From Candidatus Hydrogenedentota bacterium (GTDB lineage: Bacteria > Hydrogenedentota > Hydrogenedentia > Hydrogenedentales > SLHB01), in assembly GCA_034408725.1 (NCBI GenBank), contig JAWXCN010000098.1, positions 14,996-78,995 on the forward strand: 64,000 nt of DNA, written 5' to 3'. Both the position numbers and the translations under genes were made by a program. Positions within the stretch are counted from its first letter, which is position 1. Every line of letters starts with the position of its first letter. The notes under the pieces are model-generated. The model made no database searches, was not told the origin of the DNA, and was given only the letters and a program-made list of their open reading frames with translations. This document shows, one piece after another, positions 9,197 to 18,300 of this stretch.

Positions 9197-10297
9197 TCAA
9201 AAATCGTATTGACCAATATTCTCTTTCGTAAACACAATCGGATCGCCCAGTATCACTTCGTCTCCATTTAATATGCTCCGCTCGCCGAGACGTCCTGCAT
9301 TGAATGTGCTTGCGCCCGGCGCGAGGTCGCCCTTCGCGGACGCGACTGCCACCTGCACGGCGAGATACCCAAGGTCCACGGGGTTCCACAGCACAAACTT
9401 TTTCACGGTACCATCCGCGATGTATTGCTTCATGTCGTTCGGTGTCGTGAGGCCGGTCAAAAACACTTTATCCGCTACGCCTGCCTTGCGTATGGCCTCC
9501 GCCGCGCCGGGTAGCGCAACGGAAGTAATCGCAAAGATACCCTGAAGATCGGGATAGGCTTTCAACGAATCCGCGGTCACCTGTGTCGCCAATTCCGCCG
9601 ATTCTTCCGATACCTTTGGCGTCTCAGACAGATTCGTCATGTTCGGATACTTTATCTGACGGTATTTCTCCATCTCCGCCATCCAGATATTCTGATTTGC
9701 GGCGGTGAGTGAGCCCGTCATAATGATGTACTTCGCTTCCTGTCCCGCGCCTTCGGCCATGACGTCCATCAGCGCCTGCGCAACGCTTGTGGACGTGCAT
9801 TGGTTCACAAAAAAATCGCGCGCGCCTTGTTGCGCATCCGCGTCCCACGCGATGACTTTTATCCCACGTTTACGCGCCTTCTCCAACACCGGCGCAATCG
9901 CATCGGGATCGTTTGGCGCGACTGCAATAGCATCAAATCCCTTCGCTATCCATGTCTCAATCATCTGCGCCTGAAGCTGCACATCGTTCTTCGTAGGCCC
10001 GTCATACACCACTTCTACGCCCAACTCCGCGCCCGCTTCTTTCGCGCCTTTCTCCGTGGCATTGAAAAATGGGATACCCACGAGCTTGGGCATGACGCCA
10101 ATAGTCATTTTTGTATCTGGTGCCGGTGCCGCAGGCAGTGTACGGGTTTCAGTTCCAGTCGACTCAGAAATTACAGTGGATTCCGGCTGGCTGGGCTGAC
10201 AACCGACGATTGCGAACGCGACAAATACCGCACTGAACGTTGCGAGTTGTTTCTTGCAATCCAAAATCCAAAATCTAAAATCCAAATTCGCCTTCAT
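9197..10297 (-). CDS. Sugar ABC transporter substrate-binding lipoprotein (RhaS/LsrB-like, PBP type I)
   Basis: Lipobox AFAIVGC. Blocks VMPKLVGIPFFNATEKGAKEAG, DAIAVAPNDPDA and KVIAWDADAQ. ATG 10297 overlaps the permease stop (ATGA). The long N-terminal extension in the track ORF is rejected. Confidence 0.85.
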   Translation of the reverse strand: MKANLDFRFWILDCKKQLATFSAVFVAFAIVGCQPSQPESTVISESTGTETRTLPAAPAPDTKMTIGVMPKLVGIPFFNATEKGAKEAGAELGVEVVYDGPTKNDVQLQAQMIETWIAKGFDAIAVAPNDPDAIAPVLEKARKRGIKVIAWDADAQQGARDFFVNQCTSTSVAQALMDVMAEGAGQEAKYIIMTGSLTAANQNIWMAEMEKYRQIKYPNMTNLSETPKVSEESAELATQVTADSLKAYPDLQGIFAITSVALPGAAEAIRKAGVADKVFLTGLTTPNDMKQYIADGTVKKFVLWNPVDLGYLAVQVAVASAKGDLAPGASTFNAGRLGERSILNGDEVILGDPIVFTKENIGQYDF

Positions 10298-11259
10298 CTC
10301 GTTCCCCTTGCGCCGATCCATTCGTTGAACACCGCCGTAACTATCAACAACACGCCCACCAGGATAATGATGAACTGCGAGCGCACGCCCGCCATTTCCA
10401 GCCCGTACCGTAGGATACCGAGGATTATAAGGCCGAGCAAAGTCCCCAACACGGAGCCGCTCCCGCCGCTGATGCGCGTGCCACCGACGACCACGCACGC
10501 AATTACTTCCAGTTCGAGTCCCTGCGCGGTGTCCGCTTTCGCCGTTGCGTACAGCGCGGTATGAAACATTGCGGCAAGCCCGCAGACGGCGCCGCACGCC
10601 GTGTAAATGCCAAACGTCAGCCATTGCACATTGATCGCCGCAAATCGCGCTGCAACAGGATTTTCGCCAATGTATTCGGTGAACCGGCCAACCCATGTGC
10701 GCCGCAACAGCAATCCGCCGGCAACCACTATTGCGATCAGCGCGACGACTGGCACCGGCACATATGCGGGCGCGCGCAACGGCAGCGCAAACAGATCGCC
10801 CTGACTGATCCATTCAAACCCATCTGGAAACCCGCCTAACGACGCGCCTTTGGTGAATCCCATCGCCAGCCCTCGGAACAACGCCATCGTCGCGAGTGTG
10901 ACCACGAGCGGAGGGACGCCGATAAAGCTGATAATCGAGCCGTTAAACGCGCCCGCACACGCGCCCGCGGCCACCGCGCCCAAACACGCAAGCGCTATAG
11001 GCAGGTGCGCATCGTTAAACAGAATCCCAAGGGTGATTCCCGAGAGCGCAACAATCGAAGCCACGGACAGATCGATGCCAGCCGTCGCGATGATAAACGT
11101 CATCGGTACAGCGATCATCCCCGGAACAACCCAATACCGCGCGCGGTTCAGAATGTTGAACCAGTCGAAGAATCCTTCGACGCCGATGCTAAATGCGACA
11201 AACATCACCACAAGAACGGCGAACAGCGCCATCTCGCGTCGCAAAAGCGAGCGCATCAT
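10294..11259 (-). CDS. Sugar ABC transporter permease (RbsC family)
   Basis: Polytopic membrane protein with RbsC-type Gly-rich helices (GGTRISGGSGSVLGTLLG). ATG 11259 overlaps the upstream stop (ATGA). Confidence 0.85.
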   Translation of the reverse strand: MMRSLLRREMALFAVLVVMFVAFSIGVEGFFDWFNILNRARYWVVPGMIAVPMTFIIATAGIDLSVASIVALSGITLGILFNDAHLPIALACLGAVAAGACAGAFNGSIISFIGVPPLVVTLATMALFRGLAMGFTKGASLGGFPDGFEWISQGDLFALPLRAPAYVPVPVVALIAIVVAGGLLLRRTWVGRFTEYIGENPVAARFAAINVQWLTFGIYTACGAVCGLAAMFHTALYATAKADTAQGLELEVIACVVVGGTRISGGSGSVLGTLLGLIILGILRYGLEMAGVRSQFIIILVGVLLIVTAVFNEWIGARGTR

Positions 11260-13742
11260 GCCTCCCGCCTTCCGCGCTGCATGACCGCGTCCACAATAAC
11301 TGCGCCGAGGATCAGCGCGCCAATGAAGGCGTTTTGCCAATACGAGCTGATCGCCAACAGCGTTAGCGCGTTGTACAACAGCGCCACCAGGAACGCCCCA
11401 AGCAACGTGCCAACTGCGGAGCCGCGTCCGCCCAGGATATTCGTTCCGCCAATCACGGCTGCCGCGATTGCCTTCAGTTCCATGCCATCGCCCGTGTTAG
11501 ATTGGACTTTGCCGTAATACGCCGCGTGCAACACAGCAACCAGCCCGACGATGACCCCGGAATATGCGAAGACAAACATCGTGAGGCGTGCCTTGGACAA
11601 TCCGGCCTGCCGCGCCGCACTCTCGCTGTTTCCAAGCGCAAGCGCGCGGCGTCCCGCCAGCCGGTACCGCAGCACAGCATGGGTAATCACCGTCAACACC
11701 AAAACGTAGTAACACAGCTTGGGAACGCCGAACAGGTGTCCGTCCGCCAACGCGCGATACCCCTGCGGAAGGTTCACCACTTCACGCCCGCCCGTTGAAA
11801 GGATCATGATGCCGCGATAAATGCTGATGCCCGCAAGAGTGATGATAATCGGATGAATTCGCGCCATCAGTGCGATCCCCGCGTTGATCATGCTGCTTGC
11901 GCAACCCAACGCGCACGCAAGCAACACGCACAGCCCGGGCGACGCCCCATTCACCGCTGCCATGCCCGCCACCGCGGCGACAAGTCCCATCATCGCGCCG
12001 ACGGATATGTCAATGCCGCCCGCGCAAATGATCATCATCGCGCCCTGCGCCATCATTGCCGGCAATGCGGCGTTCGACAGCACATCAAGCAAGTTCCCCG
12101 CATTCGCGAATTCGCTGGGCCGCAACACCGCCATCGCGGCGCAGAGGGCAAGCGTGGTCACAATCAGACCCGACTCGCGCACGTTCAAAAAGCGCGAGAA
12201 CTTGTTTAGGCTAACACCTGCCTTTGACTCTGGAGCGGCGCTACGCGGCACCGCCGCGCTCGCGATTGCGTGTTCGCCGTCCACTTTCGGATCAAATTCC
12301 CCGGTAACCTTACCCGCGGACAACGTCACCACGCGATCGCTCATGGCCATGATCTCGGGCAGTTCCGAGCTGATCAACAACACCGCCGCGCCGCGATTGG
12401 CGAGATCATTGATGAGACTGTGAATCTCCGCCTTTGCCCCAACATCCACGCCGCGCGTGGGCTCATCCAGTATCAGAACGCGCGGCGACGCAGCCTGCCA
12501 GCGCCCGAACACTACTTTCTGCTGGTTGCCGCCGCTCAGCGTGCCGATGGGCAGTTCGATGGACTGCGCGCGCACGCGCATGTCGCGGACGATGCCGCCG
12601 GCCATTGCGCGTTCCGCGCTTTGATTGATCCACGTCATCCTCGACAGGCGCCGAAGAATCCCGGCGCTCGCGTTCGCGCGAAGCGAGTGACCACGAAATA
12701 ATCCCTGAACAAGCCTGTCCTCCGGCAAATACGCGATGCCTTTTCGCAACGCGTCTCGCGGCGACGCGATATGTACGTTATTGCCATCAAGTGAGATCGT
12801 CCCGGCTTCGGCTTTACGCATACCGAACAATGTCTGGCCCAACTCGCTCCGGCCCGCGCCCACAAAGCCGTACAATCCCACGATCTCGCCCGCCCGCACT
12901 GAAAGCGAAACATCACCAAACGCTCCGTGCGCATCCGTCAATCCCGAGACATCCAGTCCGCGGTTGGTATCCGCGGGCTTGGTGCTTCTCTCTCGCGCGT
13001 AGAGCGCGATGGATTCCCGCCCAATCATCGCCGCAACGATGCTATCCATGCTGAGTTCCGCTGCGGGCTGCGTGGTGATTGTCTCGCCGTCGCGCATCAC
13101 CGTCACGCGATCGCACAGAGTCAACACTTCGTCCAATCGATGGCTGACGTACACAATACCCACGCCCGCCCCGCGCAACTCGCGGATAATCGAAAACAGC
13201 CGGTGGATTTCCTTCGCGGTCAGCGAGGCCGTGGGTTCATCGAGAAACAACACCCGCGCATGCTGCGACACCGCCGCCGCTATTTCCGTCATCATCCGCT
13301 GCGCAACGGACAACGCGCTTGCCCGTTGCCGCACGTCATACGATTCGCCCATGCGCGCGATCTTGGCTTCCGCGGCGAGATTGGTTTTGGTCCAATCGAT
13401 GAACCCGCCCGGACCACGCACGAGTCCCTGCGCAAGCAGCATGTTCTCGGCGACGCTTAGTTGCGGAAACAGGTCCGCTTCCTGATGAACAACAGCAATA
13501 CCCAGCGCGCGCGCATGCCGGGGATTTTCGATAGTGACGGCTTTCCCGTCGATCTCAATGGCACCCAAGTCCGCGCGCAACACGCCCGTCGCGATATTGA
13601 TCAGCGTGCTTTTGCCCGCGCCGTTTTCGCCGACCAGCCCGTGTACCTCGCCTGCGCGCACTTCCAGCCGCGCCCCGCGCAACGCGGGCGCTCCCCCGAA
13701 ACTTTTATCTATCTCCGCCAGACGGAGCAGAACCTCACCCAT
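11256..13742 (-). CDS. Fused sugar ABC ATPase (two NBDs, RbsA-like) plus RbsC-type permease domain
   Basis: NBD1: GENGAGKST, LSVAQRMM, VLFLDEPT. NBD2: GFVGAGRSE, LSGGNQQKV, VLILDEPTRGVD. About 330 aa of RbsC-like TM domain follows (GGTNILGGRGSAVGTLLG) in the same ORF. Start set at MGEVLLRL. Confidence 0.85.
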   Translation of the reverse strand: MGEVLLRLAEIDKSFGGAPALRGARLEVRAGEVHGLVGENGAGKSTLINIATGVLRADLGAIEIDGKAVTIENPRHARALGIAVVHQEADLFPQLSVAENMLLAQGLVRGPGGFIDWTKTNLAAEAKIARMGESYDVRQRASALSVAQRMMTEIAAAVSQHARVLFLDEPTASLTAKEIHRLFSIIRELRGAGVGIVYVSHRLDEVLTLCDRVTVMRDGETITTQPAAELSMDSIVAAMIGRESIALYARERSTKPADTNRGLDVSGLTDAHGAFGDVSLSVRAGEIVGLYGFVGAGRSELGQTLFGMRKAEAGTISLDGNNVHIASPRDALRKGIAYLPEDRLVQGLFRGHSLRANASAGILRRLSRMTWINQSAERAMAGGIVRDMRVRAQSIELPIGTLSGGNQQKVVFGRWQAASPRVLILDEPTRGVDVGAKAEIHSLINDLANRGAAVLLISSELPEIMAMSDRVVTLSAGKVTGEFDPKVDGEHAIASAAVPRSAAPESKAGVSLNKFSRFLNVRESGLIVTTLALCAAMAVLRPSEFANAGNLLDVLSNAALPAMMAQGAMMIICAGGIDISVGAMMGLVAAVAGMAAVNGASPGLCVLLACALGCASSMINAGIALMARIHPIIITLAGISIYRGIMILSTGGREVVNLPQGYRALADGHLFGVPKLCYYVLVLTVITHAVLRYRLAGRRALALGNSESAARQAGLSKARLTMFVFAYSGVIVGLVAVLHAAYYGKVQSNTGDGMELKAIAAAVIGGTNILGGRGSAVGTLLGAFLVALLYNALTLLAISSYWQNAFIGALILGAVIVDAVMQRGRREA

Positions 13743-13859
13743 GGTGAAGGGATGGTAGTGCGCCGCAGAAGTATGATCAACCGAACCGAAGATCGGCATC
13801 GAATTTGGAAATGGGTTTATTCGATATTATGCTGCTGGCGTTCAATTTGGAGTACACCC

Positions 13860-14042
13860 ATGCGCAATTCCTACACAGCAGTAATTCAACGCAGCGGAGA
13901 GTGGTGGATTGGTTGGATTGAAGAGATTTCCGGTGTAAATAGCCAAGGCCATACGCGCGAAGAACTGTTGAAAAATCTACGTTCGGCGCTGGAAGAGGCA
14001 AAGGAAATGAACTTTGTGGAATTATCCACTAGAGGCGATTAA
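13860..14042 (+). CDS. HicB-like antitoxin-fold protein (orphan, short form)
   Basis: 60 aa. YTAVIQRSGEWWIGWIEEISGVNSQGHTREELLKNLRSALEEA matches the short HicB/UPF0150 pattern. TGGAG RBS. No HicA gene nearby. Confidence 0.6.
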   Translation: MRNSYTAVIQRSGEWWIGWIEEISGVNSQGHTREELLKNLRSALEEAKEMNFVELSTRGD

Positions 14043-14047
14043 GTTTT

Positions 14048-14078
14048 AAGTCCCCTTTTGAAAAGGATTCAAGGGACG
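14048..14078. repeat. Family B repeat, copy 2 (degenerate)
   Basis: AAGTCCCCTTTTGAAAAGGATTCAAGGGACG. Confidence 0.75.
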
Positions 14079-14117
14079 TATATTTTCGACATCACTGCTC
14101 AAGTTGAGCGCCGCATT

Positions 14118-14150
14118 AAGTCCCCCTTTGAAGGGGGATTTAGGAGGATG
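14118..14150. repeat. Family B repeat, copy 3
   Basis: AAGTCCCCCTTTGAAGGGGGATTTAGGAGGATG. Confidence 0.85.
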
Positions 14151-14155
14151 TTGCT

Positions 14156-15073
14156 TTAGCGCCTGATAGCCATACAATTCGTCGCCGGCAACACGCCCCG
14201 CACCTGCAACCACTTCAACAACAATCCCGGCCATTCGCCCACCGAATTCCCTGGCGCGCGCACGCCGCCCATGCCCACGCCATGCTTGCCCTGCTCGAAC
14301 AAATGCATCTCCACGGGCACACCCGCCTTCACGCATGCCTCGAAAAACAGGATTGCATTCGCAACCGGCACGGCCTGATCCATTGTCGTATGCAGAATAA
14401 AGGTGGGCGGTGTGTTCGCGTTTACGTGCAGTTGTGTCGAGCACTCTTTTACTAACGCCGGATCGGGACTCTCTCCCAATAGATTTTTCACACACCCCGC
14501 ATGCGTCGCTGGTCCTTCCATCGTCGTCACCGCATACACTAGCACGATGAAATCCGGCCGCGTCGATACCCGCTCGACTGCATCCTCCGAATCCGGCTTT
14601 CCGTCGATATAATGCACGCCTGTCATCGCGCTAAGGTGTCCGCCCGCGGAGAAACCGAGTATCCCGATTTTATTCGGATCGATCTTCCATTCCGCCGCAT
14701 GCGACCGCACGATGCGCACCGCGCGTTGCGCGTCCTGTTGCGGCGCGGGATATTTGTAGCGCGGCGCGAGACGATACTGCAGAACATACGCGGACACGCC
14801 GTTGGATTGCAGCCACTGCGCGACTTCGTGTCCTTCGTATCCCATCGCAAGGCCGCTGTACCCGCCGCCAGGACACACGATGACGCTCGCGCCGGTGTTC
14901 TTATCCGCAGGAGCGGGGTAGAGGTACAAGGTCGGCACGTCTAACGGTTCAGTGCCCACCGCGCCCGGTGCGCCATCCGGCCAAACAGGAATTGATTCCA
15001 CACCCGCGGGCGCACTAACCTCCGCTGCACCAAACAAAGCGCTGAACATAAATAACGCTCCAACAATCCCCAC
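14156..15073 (-). CDS. Secreted alpha/beta hydrolase (esterase/lipase, carbohydrate-esterase-like)
   Basis: Signal peptide. Oxyanion block VCPGGGY. Nucleophile elbow GFSAGGH. C-terminal His block. GTG start with an AAGGGAG RBS. Confidence 0.8.
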   Translation of the reverse strand: MGIVGALFMFSALFGAAEVSAPAGVESIPVWPDGAPGAVGTEPLDVPTLYLYPAPADKNTGASVIVCPGGGYSGLAMGYEGHEVAQWLQSNGVSAYVLQYRLAPRYKYPAPQQDAQRAVRIVRSHAAEWKIDPNKIGILGFSAGGHLSAMTGVHYIDGKPDSEDAVERVSTRPDFIVLVYAVTTMEGPATHAGCVKNLLGESPDPALVKECSTQLHVNANTPPTFILHTTMDQAVPVANAILFFEACVKAGVPVEMHLFEQGKHGVGMGGVRAPGNSVGEWPGLLLKWLQVRGVLPATNCMAIRR

Positions 15074-15165
15074 TCCAACACGCTCCCTTCAGTTTTTTTC
15101 ACACATCGGGACCCGCAGGTCAGATATCCGCTTCACATGCCATATCGGTCGGTACCATTTCGTGC

Positions 15166-15276
15166 TCGTGCTCGTGCTCGTCATCGTAATTGTAATCGTA
15201 GATCGAGTTCTTCGTTGACCTCGAGGTGGTTTGCCGGAGTTGACGAGCACCGATTACGATGACGAGCACGAGCACG
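15166..15276. repeat. Perfect 24-bp inverted repeat with a 63-nt loop
   Basis: 15166-15189 CGTGCTCGTGCTCGTCATCGTAAT is the exact reverse complement of 15253-15276. Confidence 0.9.
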
Positions 15277-15284
15277 AAAAGACG

Positions 15285-15334
15285 ATCGCGCGTTATGGCC
15301 GGTCTCCCGATCGCGCGTTGTGGCCGGTCTCCCG
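15285..15334. repeat. Tandem 25-nt direct repeat x2 (1 mismatch)
   Basis: ATCGCGCGTTATGGCCGGTCTCCCG followed by ATCGCGCGTTGTGGCCGGTCTCCCG. Confidence 0.9.
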
Positions 15335-15375
15335 ACCGCGCCCCACCCCACCGACCGAAGGTCTCCATCCTTCCA

Positions 15376-18300
15376 CTATTCCACCGTCAAGTCCACCTCG
15401 GTCTCTTCACCTTCCACAACATTGATCGTGCGAGACGCCTTCTTGTACGTCTGCCCCGCGCTTTGCGGGTTCACACCCACCGCCAATACGGTATATTCTC
15501 CAGGCTCGATGCCTTCGACGAAGAACCTGCCTTCCGTTATCTGCGCCGCGCCTGCCATCTGACCCTGCAGTTCTTGGTACAGCGATTGCAAATCTCCAGA
15601 AACGTCGATTTGCCCTCGAAAAAGCGACACGCTCGCAAACCATCCTTCAGGCACTCCGCTTACACTTCCGCTTACCCGCATCCCGCCCGAAAGTTCGATG
15701 TCATGACGTATCGTCCTGCGGTCCTCGAGTTGCACCTGAAACGACCGCGCCTGCTGAAATTGACCGTCGGTGTTAACGTAGACCATGAGTGTCGCCGCCC
15801 CCGGCGGAAGACCGTCAAGCTTGTACGCGCCTTTTGAATCGGCTTGCGCGTGAGCATTCTCGGAGTTCCCATCATCAGCCGCAATCGTTAAATTCACGCT
15901 TGCGCTACTTACCGGCTGACCGTCGCGCGTGATGACGCCTTCGACGCCCGCCGTCCCTTCCGTGATATCGAAATCGACCGTGGTAACTTGATCCGCGGCG
16001 ACGGTCGCTTGCTTTGAAATTTGGCGCCGTCCCGCCCCAGGCTGGTTGCCGTACACGGTCAGGCTTACCGTTCCCTCCGGCAACCCGTTGAAGGTGAACT
16101 GGCCGGAACCATTTACTTCCGACTGCGCATTGTATCCTTGACCTTCGCCTTCTGGAACGTGCAACGAAACACCATAGCCACTCGCCACTGGCCGCCCGGC
16201 AACACGAATCGTGCCATTGATGACTCCGCCGCTGCCCAGCACGATGTTGACCATCGCGGCGCCGCCCGCGGCCGGCGTTGCCGTCGCGCTCGCCGTTGCA
16301 TACTCACCGTGCGTTGCATAAACCCGCGTGTTTTCCGCGGCCAATGATTCGATGCGAAATGAGCCGTCGGCATCCGTCGTCGCATTTGCCGGTCGCTGTT
16401 GGCGCTCCCACTCCTGCGTGGGAACACGGCCAATATAGATACTCGCGCCTGCCACGGCCTGTCCCTGCTTGTTTGTCACAACGCCCTCAATAACACCGCC
16501 TGCATCCAGCCGGACATCCACGCCCGACGTCGTCTGCCCTTCGCGCACGCCGGGCACTTTGTGCAACTTCGGCGCATACCCTTGCGCGGTCACATACAAT
16601 GCCGCGTCCCCGTCGTTCCCGCGAATCTCGAAACGGCCATTCTCATCCACGAACGTCTGGCCGGTCCCCATATAGTTTCCCGGCTCGATTCGCTCTATGC
16701 GTCCCACCAGAGGAATAATGGAAAACGTCTTCACCGGCTGTCCCGATTGCGCTTCCAACACGCGCCCCTGAATCGTGCCCTTTCCGCGCAAAGTAATCGT
16801 CATGTTCGGATTCGGGACTTCCACCTCTTGTTGCTGATCCGGTTGCGAATAGTCCTGGTGGTGGGCGCCGTACCAATGCGTGCCCGCCTGCAATCCGACA
16901 ATCTCGAATTTGCCTTCCGCGTCCGTCTGCGCATACCCGCTGCTGTTGCCATTCCGGGAATGTGCATTCACCGATACATCCCGGATGGGTTTTCCCGTAC
17001 TATCGATTACGCGCCCGGCCAGCTTCATGCCCGTATCAAAGTCGCATACCAATCGCACCCCGGTGACGTTTTCACCCTGAGTAAGTTGTATGTCATTGCC
17101 CGCCGGTAATGTCGGTTCGCGCCACGTGCGTGGCGGGCGCACCTGAAGTTTGTAAGTCCCCGCCGCGAGACCCTGGACCTTAAACACGCCCTCTTCCTGA
17201 CTCGACGCCTGTTGCGCCTGCTGTCCCGCCTCCGGGTTTTGCGGCATCGCGGTGACATAGGCGTCAACGAGCGGCTTTCCTTCCTTGTCCACCACGATTC
17301 CTGCGATGCTGCCGCCCGTGTCCATCACGATTTCAACGTCGTTTTTGTCGGAATCGCCTATCACAACGTCTTGCAGCGGCGGCGCGGAGAAGCCCTGCTT
17401 CGATGCCGTAATTGTAAGTTTCGCTCCCGGTGAGAATCCCCGGTGAATGAACCGGCCCTTCTCATCCGTCACCATGGTTTCGCCTTCAAGATTTTCGGCA
17501 TCGACACTTTCGACATTTACCTGCGCCAGCGGTTCGCCGCTCTTGTCCACGACTCGCCCACGCAGGAACAATCCAGCCGGAACGGCAAAATCGATGCCTG
17601 TTACTTCCTGCCCAAGACCTACAGTGACTTGTTTGTCCTCCCGCGATTCCCCATGGCGGTATCCCGACATCCACAAGCGCCGGACCGTGTACTGGCCCGC
17701 CGGCAACCCCTCAATACGGTACATTCCGTCCTCGTCCGTCGTCGCTTCGGCGCTCGCATATCCGCCCTGGGGCGAGCGCGGCCGAAACGCCATCCCCACG
17801 ATTGGCGTGCCGGTTTCCGCATCCGTAGCAATGCCCGACACTGAACCCCCCATCGCCACCACGAGTTGAATATTATCGATGCTGTTTGCGTCTTCGATCT
17901 GAATAGACGGCGCTTGGCCCGCGAGGATATGGGCCTGTTTCTCAATCGTGAGCTGGTACGCACCGTCCGCGAGGTCCGCGATAGCGAACGCGCCGTCTGT
18001 GCCGGACGTTACCTCGTGCGCGTTCAAACGCCCGCCACCCCGAAGCCGCACGGCGATGTTCGGCTGCGGCTTGGAAGATTCGGCGGCCACCACCGTGCCC
18101 GAAATCATGCCGCCATGTTTGAGCACGATCTGCACACCCGTGCCGTCATGCGGCACGTCCAGCACCTCACCTACTGCGTATCCCTCGGCCTTCGCTTCAA
18201 TGGTCCATGTGCCCTTCTGCACGAAGTTCAAGGTAAACTGTCCGTCCGCATCCGTCTTGGTTTGCGAGTCGCCTCCGTAAATATCGCGTGTACCGCTCTT

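Noticed and set aside
10298-10813. 172-codon N-terminal extension of the SBP ORF in the track (9197-10813)
   Set aside because: The extension overlaps the permease gene in another frame and is Arg/Cys-rich. A lipoprotein signal begins right after ATG 10297, which forms an ATGA overlap with the permease stop.
14048-14150. Possible CRISPR array (two similar ~32-nt repeats about 70 nt apart; other repeated palindromes elsewhere)
   Set aside because: There are only two adjacent copies, and one is degenerate. There is no regular repeat-spacer series and no cas genes. The other families are dispersed singletons.
15120-15368. 82-aa minus ORF and 64-192-aa plus ORFs with HEHEHE / DYDDEHEHE strings
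   Set aside because: These are translations of the 24-bp inverted repeat and the tandem 25-mers, with no RBS or coding signal. I treat the region as repeat DNA.
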